Positions 18,632 to 27,031 of a stretch of 41,776 nucleotides of DNA are shown here, piece after piece. The stretch lies in the IMG/VR virus record IMGVR_UViG_3300033148_001348, positions 1-41,776 of that record; one strand, 5' to 3'. The notes below the pieces were generated by a model. That model was not told the DNA's origin, did no database searches, and saw only the letters and a list, made by a program, of their open reading frames with translations. Numbering within the stretch: the first letter of the stretch is position 1; every line of letters starts with the position of its first letter. The translations under genes were made by a program, and so were the position numbers. Source of the DNA: a virus. Taxonomy: Duplodnaviria > Caudoviricetes.

Positions 18632-19640
18632 TCGTTGATCCTGTCCTTCGGTAAACAACATTTGTGCCTTCAAAGCTGATCGATGCTATGTTCGTCGATC
18701 CCAACCCATCAGCCAGTTGAACCTCTCCAGCGAATGCGATATATACGTTTGTCTTGATCACTCCTCCTGCCTGAACCTTCATGCAAATATCGCCATCCTC
18801 CCCGAAGCCCGTTCCATCCGATTGCCAGAAAACACTTTTCCCTTCTGCCGGATCACTCGGATCAGCCGATACCTCTGTGAGCCTCCAAGGGATTGTTCCA
18901 AGTGCACCAAGATTGACCAACTCACTCACAGAAGTGGCCATGCCTGTCCACATCAATGAATCAGCATGGACATTAACGCTGTCAGCTATGTTTACAGCAG
19001 TACCTAGCCATATATCAGGGGCATTGAGAAAGACATCAGAGGTCGCTCCTAAATACAAACCGTTACCAGCATGGACATCCAGATTGGCATCACTCCGAAT
19101 ATCAATATGAACTTCACTCAGAATGTCGAGGCTGTCCCGAACATTCAATTCAAAGTTTTCCCATTTCCAATTAGGACTTGTGCCGAGGAACAACGTCTTT
19201 GTTGATCCTGTCCCATCGATTATCGCAAGATGGTCGCTGTTTGTTTTCTGAACATAGCCATTCAGCGATGCGATGGTTGAATCCAAAAGATTTGAACTGG
19301 TCTCATAATCCGATTGAAGGGCATAGCTGAATGTGAACACCGATCCTGTCGGCCTGATCCCTGACCCCACAAACACCAACTCACCAAAATAGTTCGTTCC
19401 ATCAAACTCGATATGCGTCACGCCTGAGGTGGCGGCGGCAATTACTCCGGTCAGACCAGACCCATCACCGGTATGTGTTCCATCAATAGTACCAGTCGTC
19501 ACAGATATTCCACCTGTACTGACTGTCAATCCGGCTTGCATCTCGACAGGGACATAGTACGTCTTGGAAGCACCGAACAGAGAGAAGCTAGATGCCACAA
19601 GGAAAATAGAAATCAGGTATGGGACACATCTCTTCATCAT
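18606..19640 (-). CDS. Fibre-like protein with signal peptide
   Basis: MMKRCVPYLISIFLVASSFSLFG|A; GDGSGLTG and DPSDPAEGKSVFW fibre-type motifs. Confidence 0.7.
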   Translation of the reverse strand: MMKRCVPYLISIFLVASSFSLFGASKTYYVPVEMQAGLTVSTGGISVTTGTIDGTHTGDGSGLTGVIAAATSGVTHIEFDGTNYFGELVFVGSGIRPTGSVFTFSYALQSDYETSSNLLDSTIASLNGYVQKTNSDHLAIIDGTGSTKTLFLGTSPNWKWENFELNVRDSLDILSEVHIDIRSDANLDVHAGNGLYLGATSDVFLNAPDIWLGTAVNIADSVNVHADSLMWTGMATSVSELVNLGALGTIPWRLTEVSADPSDPAEGKSVFWQSDGTGFGEDGDICMKVQAGGVIKTNVYIAFAGEVQLADGLGSTNIASISFEGTNVVYRRTGSTNEVWRPIP

Positions 19641-19655
19641 CAGCTCCTAAAGGGA

Positions 19656-19692
19656 TGGCCGGAAGAAGCAGTTTCCCACTCCTCCCGACCCC
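19656..19692 (-). terminator. Long GU-rich hairpin with GAAA loop (attenuator/stabiliser)
   Basis: GGTCGGGAGGAGTGG-GAAA-CTGCTTCTTCCGGCC on the minus strand. Confidence 0.55.
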
Positions 19693-19707
19693 CAGCATTG
19701 GATGGCC

Positions 19708-20067
19708 TTAGTGCGAGGTCGCACCAGTATAAACATTGATGTCTATGTCGACGTAAGAATCACCGGCATCCTGAGCGGCGATTGCGACACCACAATCCTC
19801 TATGTCGCCTGTCGCAGTCTTGGCACTGGCACTCAACTGTTGAAGGCTGAAATCCCAATCCAAAGGAGCATTCACTGTCACTGCACCACCATCTTTGGCG
19901 ACACGGAAAATGCCCTGTGTATAGACTATGCCTTCTGCGCCAACTGCGATGTCAACTGCCGCAACTGCACACCGTGTGCCGAGGCTCACGATCTCACCAG
20001 ATACAACAGCCGTCGCTGTTCCATTCGTCCACTTGACTTGTCCTGTCTGCTGTCTGAAGTTATTCAT
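19708..20067 (-). CDS. DUF2190-family capsid cement/decoration protein
   Basis: MNNFRQ..G, VVSGEIV, VAAVDIAVG..G....GIF.VAK; directly after the capsid gene. Confidence 0.9.
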   Translation of the reverse strand: MNNFRQQTGQVKWTNGTATAVVSGEIVSLGTRCAVAAVDIAVGAEGIVYTQGIFRVAKDGGAVTVNAPLDWDFSLQQLSASAKTATGDIEDCGVAIAAQDAGDSYVDIDINVYTGATSH

Positions 20068-20095
20068 CTTTCCTCTTCTCCTTCTTCTTAACTAT

Positions 20096-20133
20096 GCCAA
20101 AGGGTGAGCACCACTCGGCACTCACCCCCTGAC
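20096..20133 (-). terminator. Hairpin after the capsid gene
   Basis: GTCAGGGGGTGAGTGCC-GAGT-GGTGCTCACCCTTTGGC (17-bp stem with GU pairs). Confidence 0.55.
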
Positions 20134-20142
20134 AGATTATCT

Positions 20143-22401
20143 TTACGCACCAACTTCGTGAACCGCACCAACGTAGTCGATAGCGGCGGCGGCACAGTCA
20201 AGGCGGACCTTCCAGATTCTTCCGTCTGAATCTGTCTGGTTGATCTCCTCCATGTACGGAGACTGGTTGCCCTGCAGGAATGCCACCTCGACCAGACCAG
20301 CATCCATCGGACTGGTGAAGATGTAATATCCTGTCGTGCTGTAACCTGTGATGCCCGGATTCTCCAGATTCGGCTCTGGAACAACAGCAAGCCCGAGTTC
20401 CTCAATCGGGTTCTTCACATTGCTGTTCTTGTTATCTATCAGAGAACCTGCCGAGTTCACCGCTGTCCGTGCATTCATTTCATAGGTCGGGCCACAGAGC
20501 AGAACTCTTGGAATCAAGTTCAGGTAAACGGTGTCACCTTCCTTCGGGTCCATCATCGCCGTCTGCTGGCGAAGGAGCTTCACCAGATTCTCGATACCTG
20601 CCTTCGCATGGGCCAGAGTATCCAGAGCCTTGTTCGCATCCGCACTGTAGTTGTTGTGAGCCGCTGAGAAGAGAGCATTGCCATCACTCAGGACTGCATT
20701 TGCAAGGAGAACCGTTACCGCCAACTGGTTAGGAAGACGAGCCGCCGCACGACCAAACTTCTGCGGGATCGTGTTGAAGGCATCCAGATCATCATTGATG
20801 ATCGCCTGACGACTGATCCCAAACTTCTTGCCATACGTCGCAAGCTGAATGGGCTCTTGGCTCTCTGTGAATCCTGCATTGGGATAGTTCCCATTCTCTG
20901 GAATCAATTCCAGATCACCCGACTCGGACATCTTGATCCTCTTGCCCTGTTTGAAGTCGGCGAGGCTTCCAGTCTTGCACCATGTCTGCCAAGTGTTTGA
21001 CGCTTGGTTGTAGGCATCGAGCAACACCTTGTTGGTCAGAGCGGCCAGAATGAACGGGAAGTCGCTTGTACTTGCACCGATCACTTCACCACGAGTCCAT
21101 GCCTCGATGGATTCTGAATCCAACCTCGGCCCTTCAAGAGCACGACCAACGAGGGATAGCTTACTCATCCCACTGTCGTCAATCCCGGCCCTCTTGAGGC
21201 ACTCCCTTGCCAATTCAAAGAGACTGCGATTGCCAAGAGCAAGCCCACCGGACTTCCTTGCATCTTCCCTCGAAACTGATCCACAACGCAAACCGATAGC
21301 ATCCATCGCCGCCCGTGCGAAGTTCTGCCGATCCGTTGTGCCTACTTCTACGTCGCCTCCTACGGCTCCGCCTCTTTCTTCCAGCTTGTCCATTATCATC
21401 TCCCTCGCTTTGTCGGCTGTCACGCCGTCCTCAATCATTTTCTCAACTTTCTTCTCATCGATGTCGAACCTCTTACCCATTGCTCGAATCTCGATGCCTC
21501 TCTTCATCTCTGCTTTAACTGCCTTCTCCTGTGCATCGGCAGGTTTTTCTCCACCCTCTCCACCTTCGCCGCCATCGGCTCCAGCTTCTCCACCTTCTCC
21601 ACCTTCGCCACCGTCAGCTCCGGCCTCTCCACCTTCGCCACCTTCTCCACCTTCACCACCATCGCCACCATCGGCTCCGGCTTCTTCTTCTTCTCTCTTC
21701 TTCTTGGCTTCTTCTTCTCTCTTCTTCTGAGCTTCCTCTTCTACCTTTCGAGCTTCCTCTTCTGCCTTCTTCTGTTTTGCATCCTTCATTATGTTCTCCT
21801 CAGTTTTTTCTTCTCTCACTGACCTGTTCACCCCCACGCTTGGATCGGCTGGAACGGGTGTTAGACTTGCCTCTAACGCTTCCCATTTTGTTGCAACCCA
21901 AGCTGGCCCTGTGAACCTGTCATTCCACGTTATCTCTTCATTCTCAAGCCACACCCACTCACGCACGACGAATCCGACAGACACACCTCTCAGCATACCA
22001 TCTTCAACTTCCTGCATGGCTTCCTTAGCTCCTTCGGTTGAGCCGAACTCCATCTCCAATCGGCCCTTACCTTCTGCCTTGTCGATCCAGACCTTCACCG
22101 GCTTTCCGACGATCTGATCCGCATCATGGTTCTTGAGAATAGAACCCACATCTCTAAGCCGAGATAAATCCGCATCCCCATCTTCATGCGATAGGTACTC
22201 CACCTCTCCGCCCCAGCCTCGAACAGGTGCTTCGGAACTAAATGAAAGAGTAAGGCGACCATCCACCACCCCGCCATCAATCTTGCGAACTAATCTGATC
22301 TCTTCCGGTTCATCAACTTGAACTCTGACCAATTCCCCCTCGACCTGAATCCTGCATTGGTCATTAGTAAATCTTTGTCGTGCGTGTGCTTCCTTTTTCA
22401 T
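20143..22401 (-). CDS. Prohead protease (HK97-type)-scaffold-major capsid fusion
   Basis: SFSSEAPV, LKNHD, GVSVGF, EASLTPVPADP protease motifs; STSDFP, DFK, TYGK.F.ISRQAIINDDL capsid motifs. Confidence 0.95.
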   Translation of the reverse strand: MKKEAHARQRFTNDQCRIQVEGELVRVQVDEPEEIRLVRKIDGGVVDGRLTLSFSSEAPVRGWGGEVEYLSHEDGDADLSRLRDVGSILKNHDADQIVGKPVKVWIDKAEGKGRLEMEFGSTEGAKEAMQEVEDGMLRGVSVGFVVREWVWLENEEITWNDRFTGPAWVATKWEALEASLTPVPADPSVGVNRSVREEKTEENIMKDAKQKKAEEEARKVEEEAQKKREEEAKKKREEEEAGADGGDGGEGGEGGEGGEAGADGGEGGEGGEAGADGGEGGEGGEKPADAQEKAVKAEMKRGIEIRAMGKRFDIDEKKVEKMIEDGVTADKAREMIMDKLEERGGAVGGDVEVGTTDRQNFARAAMDAIGLRCGSVSREDARKSGGLALGNRSLFELARECLKRAGIDDSGMSKLSLVGRALEGPRLDSESIEAWTRGEVIGASTSDFPFILAALTNKVLLDAYNQASNTWQTWCKTGSLADFKQGKRIKMSESGDLELIPENGNYPNAGFTESQEPIQLATYGKKFGISRQAIINDDLDAFNTIPQKFGRAAARLPNQLAVTVLLANAVLSDGNALFSAAHNNYSADANKALDTLAHAKAGIENLVKLLRQQTAMMDPKEGDTVYLNLIPRVLLCGPTYEMNARTAVNSAGSLIDNKNSNVKNPIEELGLAVVPEPNLENPGITGYSTTGYYIFTSPMDAGLVEVAFLQGNQSPYMEEINQTDSDGRIWKVRLDCAAAAIDYVGAVHEVGA
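21545..21685 (-). repeat. Low-complexity (EAGADGGEGGEGG)x3 linker in the capsid precursor
   Basis: Seen in the translation; coordinates approximate. Confidence 0.85.
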
Positions 22402-22402
22402 A

Positions 22403-24115
22403 TCACTCCGATTGATTATTCATTTCTAACTGTGCGGGATCGACATCTTCCACATCAGGCGCATCGCCCTTCCTTGAAATGTTTCCGACTGCGGCATCAC
22501 TGTTGACAGTCACACCCAACCTCTCGGCTTCCCTATCGACTCTGTGCTTCTTCCGCAACTGGGTTTTCCAATCATAACCAAGTTGAGCACACTCATCAGC
22601 CAGAGTTGTGATCCCTGCATTCATCGAATCCTTTGCGGCTCCGACTTCCTGCTTCGGGTTCACACCATAACTCCAACCACCGGGCATCCACTCATGCCTC
22701 TGCCAGAATGATCTTCCGGGTTTCGGTTGGAAATAACCGGGAGCAACTGCCCCTCCAGACATCACGAACAAATCCATCCATTCCCTGAATACTGGCGAAC
22801 AGAACTTTCTCGCAAAGAACTGTTGCATCGGCCTGAACCCTTGGAAGTCTTGAAGCTGTGCGATCCGGCCACCGGCGAATGTCACACCGGCCGTGTCTCT
22901 CGTCATAGTCGTATATGACAATCCCCTCTGCATCCCTCCACTGATTCCCTTGAGATGGAACTTGGTGAACATATCAAATGTCGCTCCGGGCTTCTGGGGA
23001 GAAACAACATTCACAGAACTTCCATCTGGAATTGTCCCGACTAATCCCGGCTCAAGATCAGCGATGGTATTTCCATTGGCATCTGTCGGCTGTGCTCCAT
23101 TCGGAGTCGCCATTCCACCAGTCTTTGGCCCTGCGATGAATACCGACAGACAAGCGGCGATCTTATTCCCGACAAGCTCTGCATCGGTGTAGGCATCCAG
23201 ATCGAAAAATCTCTGCGAGACTGTCGCTGTGAACGGGACACCCCTGACCTGTCTCGGCCTCAATCGACGGAAGAGATGAATCATCCTCTCGGCGGGGACT
23301 CTGACACTGTTGTTCTTGATAAAATAATTCTCAGAACTTTGCGATCTCGCCGTGTACATCCAATATGCAACTGGCCGCCAGCTATTCTTGTCGAGTTCGA
23401 CACCCATGATCACCGGGTTGCCATTGTACTCCTGAATGCTCTCGTCCAGTGCTTCCGGTTCGATGAACTCAAGACGGAGAGGAACAACGGGATGGCTTCG
23501 ATCAACTGCGAGATGAATGAATGTCTCTCCATCTTCGATCCACTTCCTCAATGCTAACTCCTGATCATCGACGAAATGAGCCGGACTGGTGGCCGACACC
23601 TGAATGTCTACATCCTTCGCCCATTCATTGAACTGATCCTCCACAAAATCATTGAACCCTTCCATCAACTGCATTGTCACTTCACCCGACTCTGGGTCTT
23701 GAACGGCTTTCGCAACCTGCATCTGCAAATCAAATCCAGTCCCGACCACATAATTGATGAAGGCATTCACGGCACTGACTGCATTCGGATTGTTGCGGTT
23801 CAACCATCGTGACCGGGTTCTCATTGTCTTGAGTTCGGTCTTGAGGATTTGGTTGATGCCGGGATTGGTCGCATCCCAGTTCTTGTTCAATCGATTGAAC
23901 TCTGCGGCTTTGTACGCTGACCTCTGAGCATAGTTCCGATATTCCTGATCCATGAAATGTGCGGCATATCTCTGTCCCACTCGATTGACCATCCTCTTCG
24001 GACTGAACACTCCGACGATCCGATCAGCGATGGATGGTGTTGGAAGGCTTGGAAGCAACCCGGCTTCCCGATTCAATTCGTGTGCAACCTCGGACGAGAG
24101 TTTTCTCTGCATCAT
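22403..24115 (-). CDS. Portal protein, lambda family
   Basis: RSRWLNRNNP, VVGTG, DGETF, GVELD...PVAYW, IHLF...RPRQVRGVP, VNPKQEV motifs. Confidence 0.95.
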   Translation of the reverse strand: MMQRKLSSEVAHELNREAGLLPSLPTPSIADRIVGVFSPKRMVNRVGQRYAAHFMDQEYRNYAQRSAYKAAEFNRLNKNWDATNPGINQILKTELKTMRTRSRWLNRNNPNAVSAVNAFINYVVGTGFDLQMQVAKAVQDPESGEVTMQLMEGFNDFVEDQFNEWAKDVDIQVSATSPAHFVDDQELALRKWIEDGETFIHLAVDRSHPVVPLRLEFIEPEALDESIQEYNGNPVIMGVELDKNSWRPVAYWMYTARSQSSENYFIKNNSVRVPAERMIHLFRRLRPRQVRGVPFTATVSQRFFDLDAYTDAELVGNKIAACLSVFIAGPKTGGMATPNGAQPTDANGNTIADLEPGLVGTIPDGSSVNVVSPQKPGATFDMFTKFHLKGISGGMQRGLSYTTMTRDTAGVTFAGGRIAQLQDFQGFRPMQQFFARKFCSPVFREWMDLFVMSGGAVAPGYFQPKPGRSFWQRHEWMPGGWSYGVNPKQEVGAAKDSMNAGITTLADECAQLGYDWKTQLRKKHRVDREAERLGVTVNSDAAVGNISRKGDAPDVEDVDPAQLEMNNQSE

Positions 24116-24312
24116 CCCCCCACCTTGTTCATTCGGACTGGCATCAGGAATCCCTCTTCGGCTCTCTCTTCTCCGATCACCTTGTCACGGAGTTCGATCA
24201 AGTCCTCAAGATCGGCAAAAGTCCACTCCCGATCCATCAGCCGGTATTTCTGTTTTGCCAATACCGCCCTGATCGCTGTATCAACTTCTGCGACTGTGAG
24301 AGTGGATGCCAT
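24112..24312 (-). CDS. Head completion protein, gpW-like
   Basis: 66 aa directly before the portal gene; AI.AVL..Q.Y....R..T.ADL..L...R pattern. Confidence 0.75.
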   Translation of the reverse strand: MASTLTVAEVDTAIRAVLAKQKYRLMDREWTFADLEDLIELRDKVIGEERAEEGFLMPVRMNKVGG

Positions 24313-24318
24313 TGGTGT

Positions 24319-24358
24319 ATGATAGGCCAGATCGGCATCACACCACAAGATGTAGTGT
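24319..24358 (-). promoter_or_regulatory. Putative late promoter (TTGTGG-18-TATCAT, leaderless) overlapped by an NrdR-box-like palindrome
   Basis: -10 at 24324-24319, 6 nt before ATG 24312, with no RBS; CCACAAGATGTAGTGT at 24343-24358. Confidence 0.55.
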
Positions 24359-24422
24359 TACAGGTGGTATAAATGGTTTTCTCACAATCCCCCTGCATTC
24401 ATTGGATTCAGCATTTCTGGAC

Positions 24423-24457
24423 AAAAAAAAAGCCCCCGACCCTTTCGGGTCAGGGGC
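24423..24457 (-). terminator. Intrinsic terminator ending the early block
   Basis: GCCCCTGACCC-GAAA-GGGTCGGGGGC followed by T9. Confidence 0.9.
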
Positions 24458-24520
24458 GGTGCTGTGACAGCCAATCACAACAGCAAAGAAATCATATCTT
24501 CGCACAGATCGACACCTTCG

Positions 24521-24802
24521 TCAATCCTTTTTCGGCTTGTCCTTTTTCCTCTCTTCAACCTCATCAACAGAAATCTCCTGTTGTGAACTGAACGCAATTC
24601 CACAGGGAACATTCTTGCAGGTATGATACCTCTTGACCACTCCCTCAACTGGCCTCTGGGTTGATCTCACATCATTCCTTGTGCTTCCACAATTCGGACA
24701 CCGTGCTGGACGATGATCGACTGTGGGGAATCCCCGTGTCACATCCTGACTCTCATCACGCTTCTCCCGATTGCCCTCCATCCTATTCTCAACTTTCTTC
24801 AT
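24521..24802 (-). CDS. Ogr/Delta-like (NrdR-N-like) zinc-ribbon regulator
   Basis: CPNCGS...VRST......KRYHTCKNVPCGIAF. Confidence 0.75.
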   Translation of the reverse strand: MKKVENRMEGNREKRDESQDVTRGFPTVDHRPARCPNCGSTRNDVRSTQRPVEGVVKRYHTCKNVPCGIAFSSQQEISVDEVEERKKDKPKKD

Positions 24803-25035
24803 GCGACCCTCCATTGTTCCATTCGATGTTCATAGCACTCGATCATCCTGTTGATGATGTTCTTCTCTTTTTTGTCGAACTCGGTTTGCCCTTCCCTCTC
24901 CATGATGAATTGCATCTCCCACTCCGTAGGAATAACTTTGTCAGACTGACTCAACACATCGAGGAAGGATCGGCAATCTTCATTGCTGAACTTGTTCGGC
25001 GTGTTCCTGTAGGCTTGCTTCCGCATGAACACCAT
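24799..25035 (-). CDS. Hypothetical protein
   Basis: GGGAGGAG RBS before ATG 25035; coupled to the next gene. Confidence 0.6.
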   Translation of the reverse strand: MVFMRKQAYRNTPNKFSNEDCRSFLDVLSQSDKVIPTEWEMQFIMEREGQTEFDKKEKNIINRMIECYEHRMEQWRVA

Positions 25036-25306
25036 GATCTCCTCCCTTCTCGAAACAGTTGAAATGATCAGCCAGATCAAAGATGCTTTCAACCTTCACT
25101 CCACATCCCGGACAATACTGATCTTCATAGCACTTGCCTGTGAAGAACGTATCTTTCCATTCATACTCTCCACCGAGCATCATCATATAGCCTCGCTCGA
25201 CTCCCTCCTTGCCCATCTTGTCCTTCATCATCCGACAGCCGAAATGGAACACCATGAAGCTGTAAACGAGAAGCAACACTGCACACAATATCAGATCAGA
25301 CATCAC
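24980..25306 (-). CDS. Membrane-anchored protein with CxxC motif
   Basis: N-terminal hydrophobic helix; CPGC; GGAGG RBS. Confidence 0.6.
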   Translation of the reverse strand: MMSDLILCAVLLLVYSFMVFHFGCRMMKDKMGKEGVERGYMMMLGGEYEWKDTFFTGKCYEDQYCPGCGVKVESIFDLADHFNCFEKGGDHGVHAEASLQEHAEQVQQ

Positions 25307-25650
25307 TCACCTCCTTCTATCTTCTCCTCCGACACATCAACCGATTCCTGATCCTGACCTTTCCCCAACAACTGACGCAACGCTTCCTGATGCTCTCTCC
25401 CTGCCGCAGTATTTCTATCAGTCGCCTCTGCTGTTTTGAGAAGCATCTGAGCCATCTTCTTCATCTCCTGACGCATCGTGGCATACTCGCCCTTCGTGAC
25501 AACATATCCACCCGTGAGCTTCAACAACATCCTTGCCTGTTCGATGTCCTTCTCAGCTTGAGCCAACTTCACCTGCATCATTGCCGACTTGGTACTCATG
25601 CACCCAGTCAACAACACACTCATCACGATCATCACCATTGCCTTCTTCAT
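25303..25650 (-). CDS. Coiled-coil lipoprotein
   Basis: MKKAMVMIVMSVLLTG-C lipobox. Confidence 0.75.
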   Translation of the reverse strand: MKKAMVMIVMSVLLTGCMSTKSAMMQVKLAQAEKDIEQARMLLKLTGGYVVTKGEYATMRQEMKKMAQMLLKTAEATDRNTAAGREHQEALRQLLGKGQDQESVDVSEEKIEGGE

Positions 25651-25668
25651 CCCTCATCTCCTGTATTC

Positions 25669-25860
25669 TTACGAACTCCAGATCAGCCACAAGACCGATC
25701 CCACGATTGTGAACAGCGATAGTGTCAGCACCACCGCAAAGAAATAATAGCCTCCATCCTTCTCCCTCTCCGTAAGCCTTCCTGATCCCGCACCCTTAAA
25801 TGCGATCATCCCGACGATCAGACTTGTCAGCATTATCTTTAGTGCTGTTGGCATCTTCAT
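25669..25860 (-). CDS. Small two-TM membrane protein
   Basis: 63 aa with two hydrophobic segments; AAGGAG RBS. Confidence 0.6.
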   Translation of the reverse strand: MKMPTALKIMLTSLIVGMIAFKGAGSGRLTEREKDGGYYFFAVVLTLSLFTIVGSVLWLIWSS

Positions 25861-25865
25861 CTCCT

Positions 25866-26288
25866 TTACATTTGCTCTAGTGCTTCATCGCATTCTGCCT
25901 TATGAACTATCGAAGCAAGGTCAGGACGGGTGAAACTCGGCCCCTTCAAAACCTTTCCATCTTCCCTATAGACCGGCTTCCCATCCTTTCCCAACTTGCT
26001 CATATTTGAACGCTGTACTTCCTCAAACGCTTTCGACTTGAGGCGAGCAAATCCGAGCGACAAGAACGCACCATCAAGGACATACTGCAAATCGCAGAGA
26101 GCATCAAGAGCCTCCACCTTGTCCTCATCATCTAGTGCTTCTTTCAATTCATCCAACTCTTCCCTGAGTAGGCTGACACGTAGCTCATTGATCTTCTCAT
26201 CCGACACATCGGGGAAGAGTTTATTCACCACCCCAAATGCTTCATGCCATTCTGCAACCATCTCAATCGTTTCTTTCTTCATCTTCAT
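25866..26288 (-). CDS. MazG-like / PRA-PH-like nucleotide pyrophosphohydrolase
   Basis: LREELDEL, DALCDLQYV, EVQRSNMSK, DGKVLKGP motifs. Confidence 0.9.
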   Translation of the reverse strand: MKMKKETIEMVAEWHEAFGVVNKLFPDVSDEKINELRVSLLREELDELKEALDDEDKVEALDALCDLQYVLDGAFLSLGFARLKSKAFEEVQRSNMSKLGKDGKPVYREDGKVLKGPSFTRPDLASIVHKAECDEALEQM

Positions 26289-26572
26289 CTCCTTTCATGG
26301 AACTTGTGACAGTTCCCACAATATAACTTCTCGACATCATTCCTGTTCCAGCTCTTCATGTCACAATCCAGACACACGATGCTCTTGCCATCATCTTCGA
26401 TGCGGTATCCGATTCGCTCTGCCTTTTGTTCTCTGAGCTTCATCCTCAACTCATAGGCTTCTTGGTAGAGCATCCTCTTCGATTCTTCATAGCCATACTT
26501 CGATAGCATCTTGATCATTGTGAAGAATGCCCAGACATAATCCCACCAGTGCAGATTCGCATAGGCTTTCAT
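26285..26572 (-). CDS. Zn-finger hypothetical protein
   Basis: CLDC...YCGNCHKFH. Confidence 0.7.
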   Translation of the reverse strand: MKAYANLHWWDYVWAFFTMIKMLSKYGYEESKRMLYQEAYELRMKLREQKAERIGYRIEDDGKSIVCLDCDMKSWNRNDVEKLYCGNCHKFHERR

Positions 26573-27027
26573 AGGAGACTCCCCTGTGTGACTTCTGCTC
26601 GACCCTTCACTGTCAAGATCGACTTCACATGGTTCATCATGCTCTTGGCCAACTGCGGTGTCCTCATCTCCCAGACATCCACACGCCGCCCGTGCTTCTT
26701 TCTGGCCGTGACCTTCACCCTCCGATCCGTGTGAACGAATCCGAACCGATGCAGAATCTTGAACACCGCACCGATCACATTCGCTTGCTCTTTCGAGACT
26801 TCGACTGTGACATCATTCGCACTCACTTCTCCCTTCGCCAATCCAACCTCGATCAGCTCCAGTAGAATCCTGATCGCCGTTGTCGATCTCTTGCTCAGAA
26901 TCCCGGTCAACCATCCGGGCGGTGTATCCTCTTCCGGCTTCACCTCATACTCCGACCAACCATGTTGCTGACACCTGATGCACCTGATCCTGCTATGCCT
27001 CTGCCAAACACAATTATCACATTTCAT
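26569..27027 (-). CDS. Hypothetical protein (CxxC pair plus winged-helix-like C-terminus)
   Basis: GGAGG RBS before ATG 27027; IGAVF..L...G.......HGRRV.VW. Confidence 0.6.
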   Translation of the reverse strand: MKCDNCVWQRHSRIRCIRCQQHGWSEYEVKPEEDTPPGWLTGILSKRSTTAIRILLELIEVGLAKGEVSANDVTVEVSKEQANVIGAVFKILHRFGFVHTDRRVKVTARKKHGRRVDVWEMRTPQLAKSMMNHVKSILTVKGRAEVTQGSLL

Positions 27028-27031
27028 GCGA

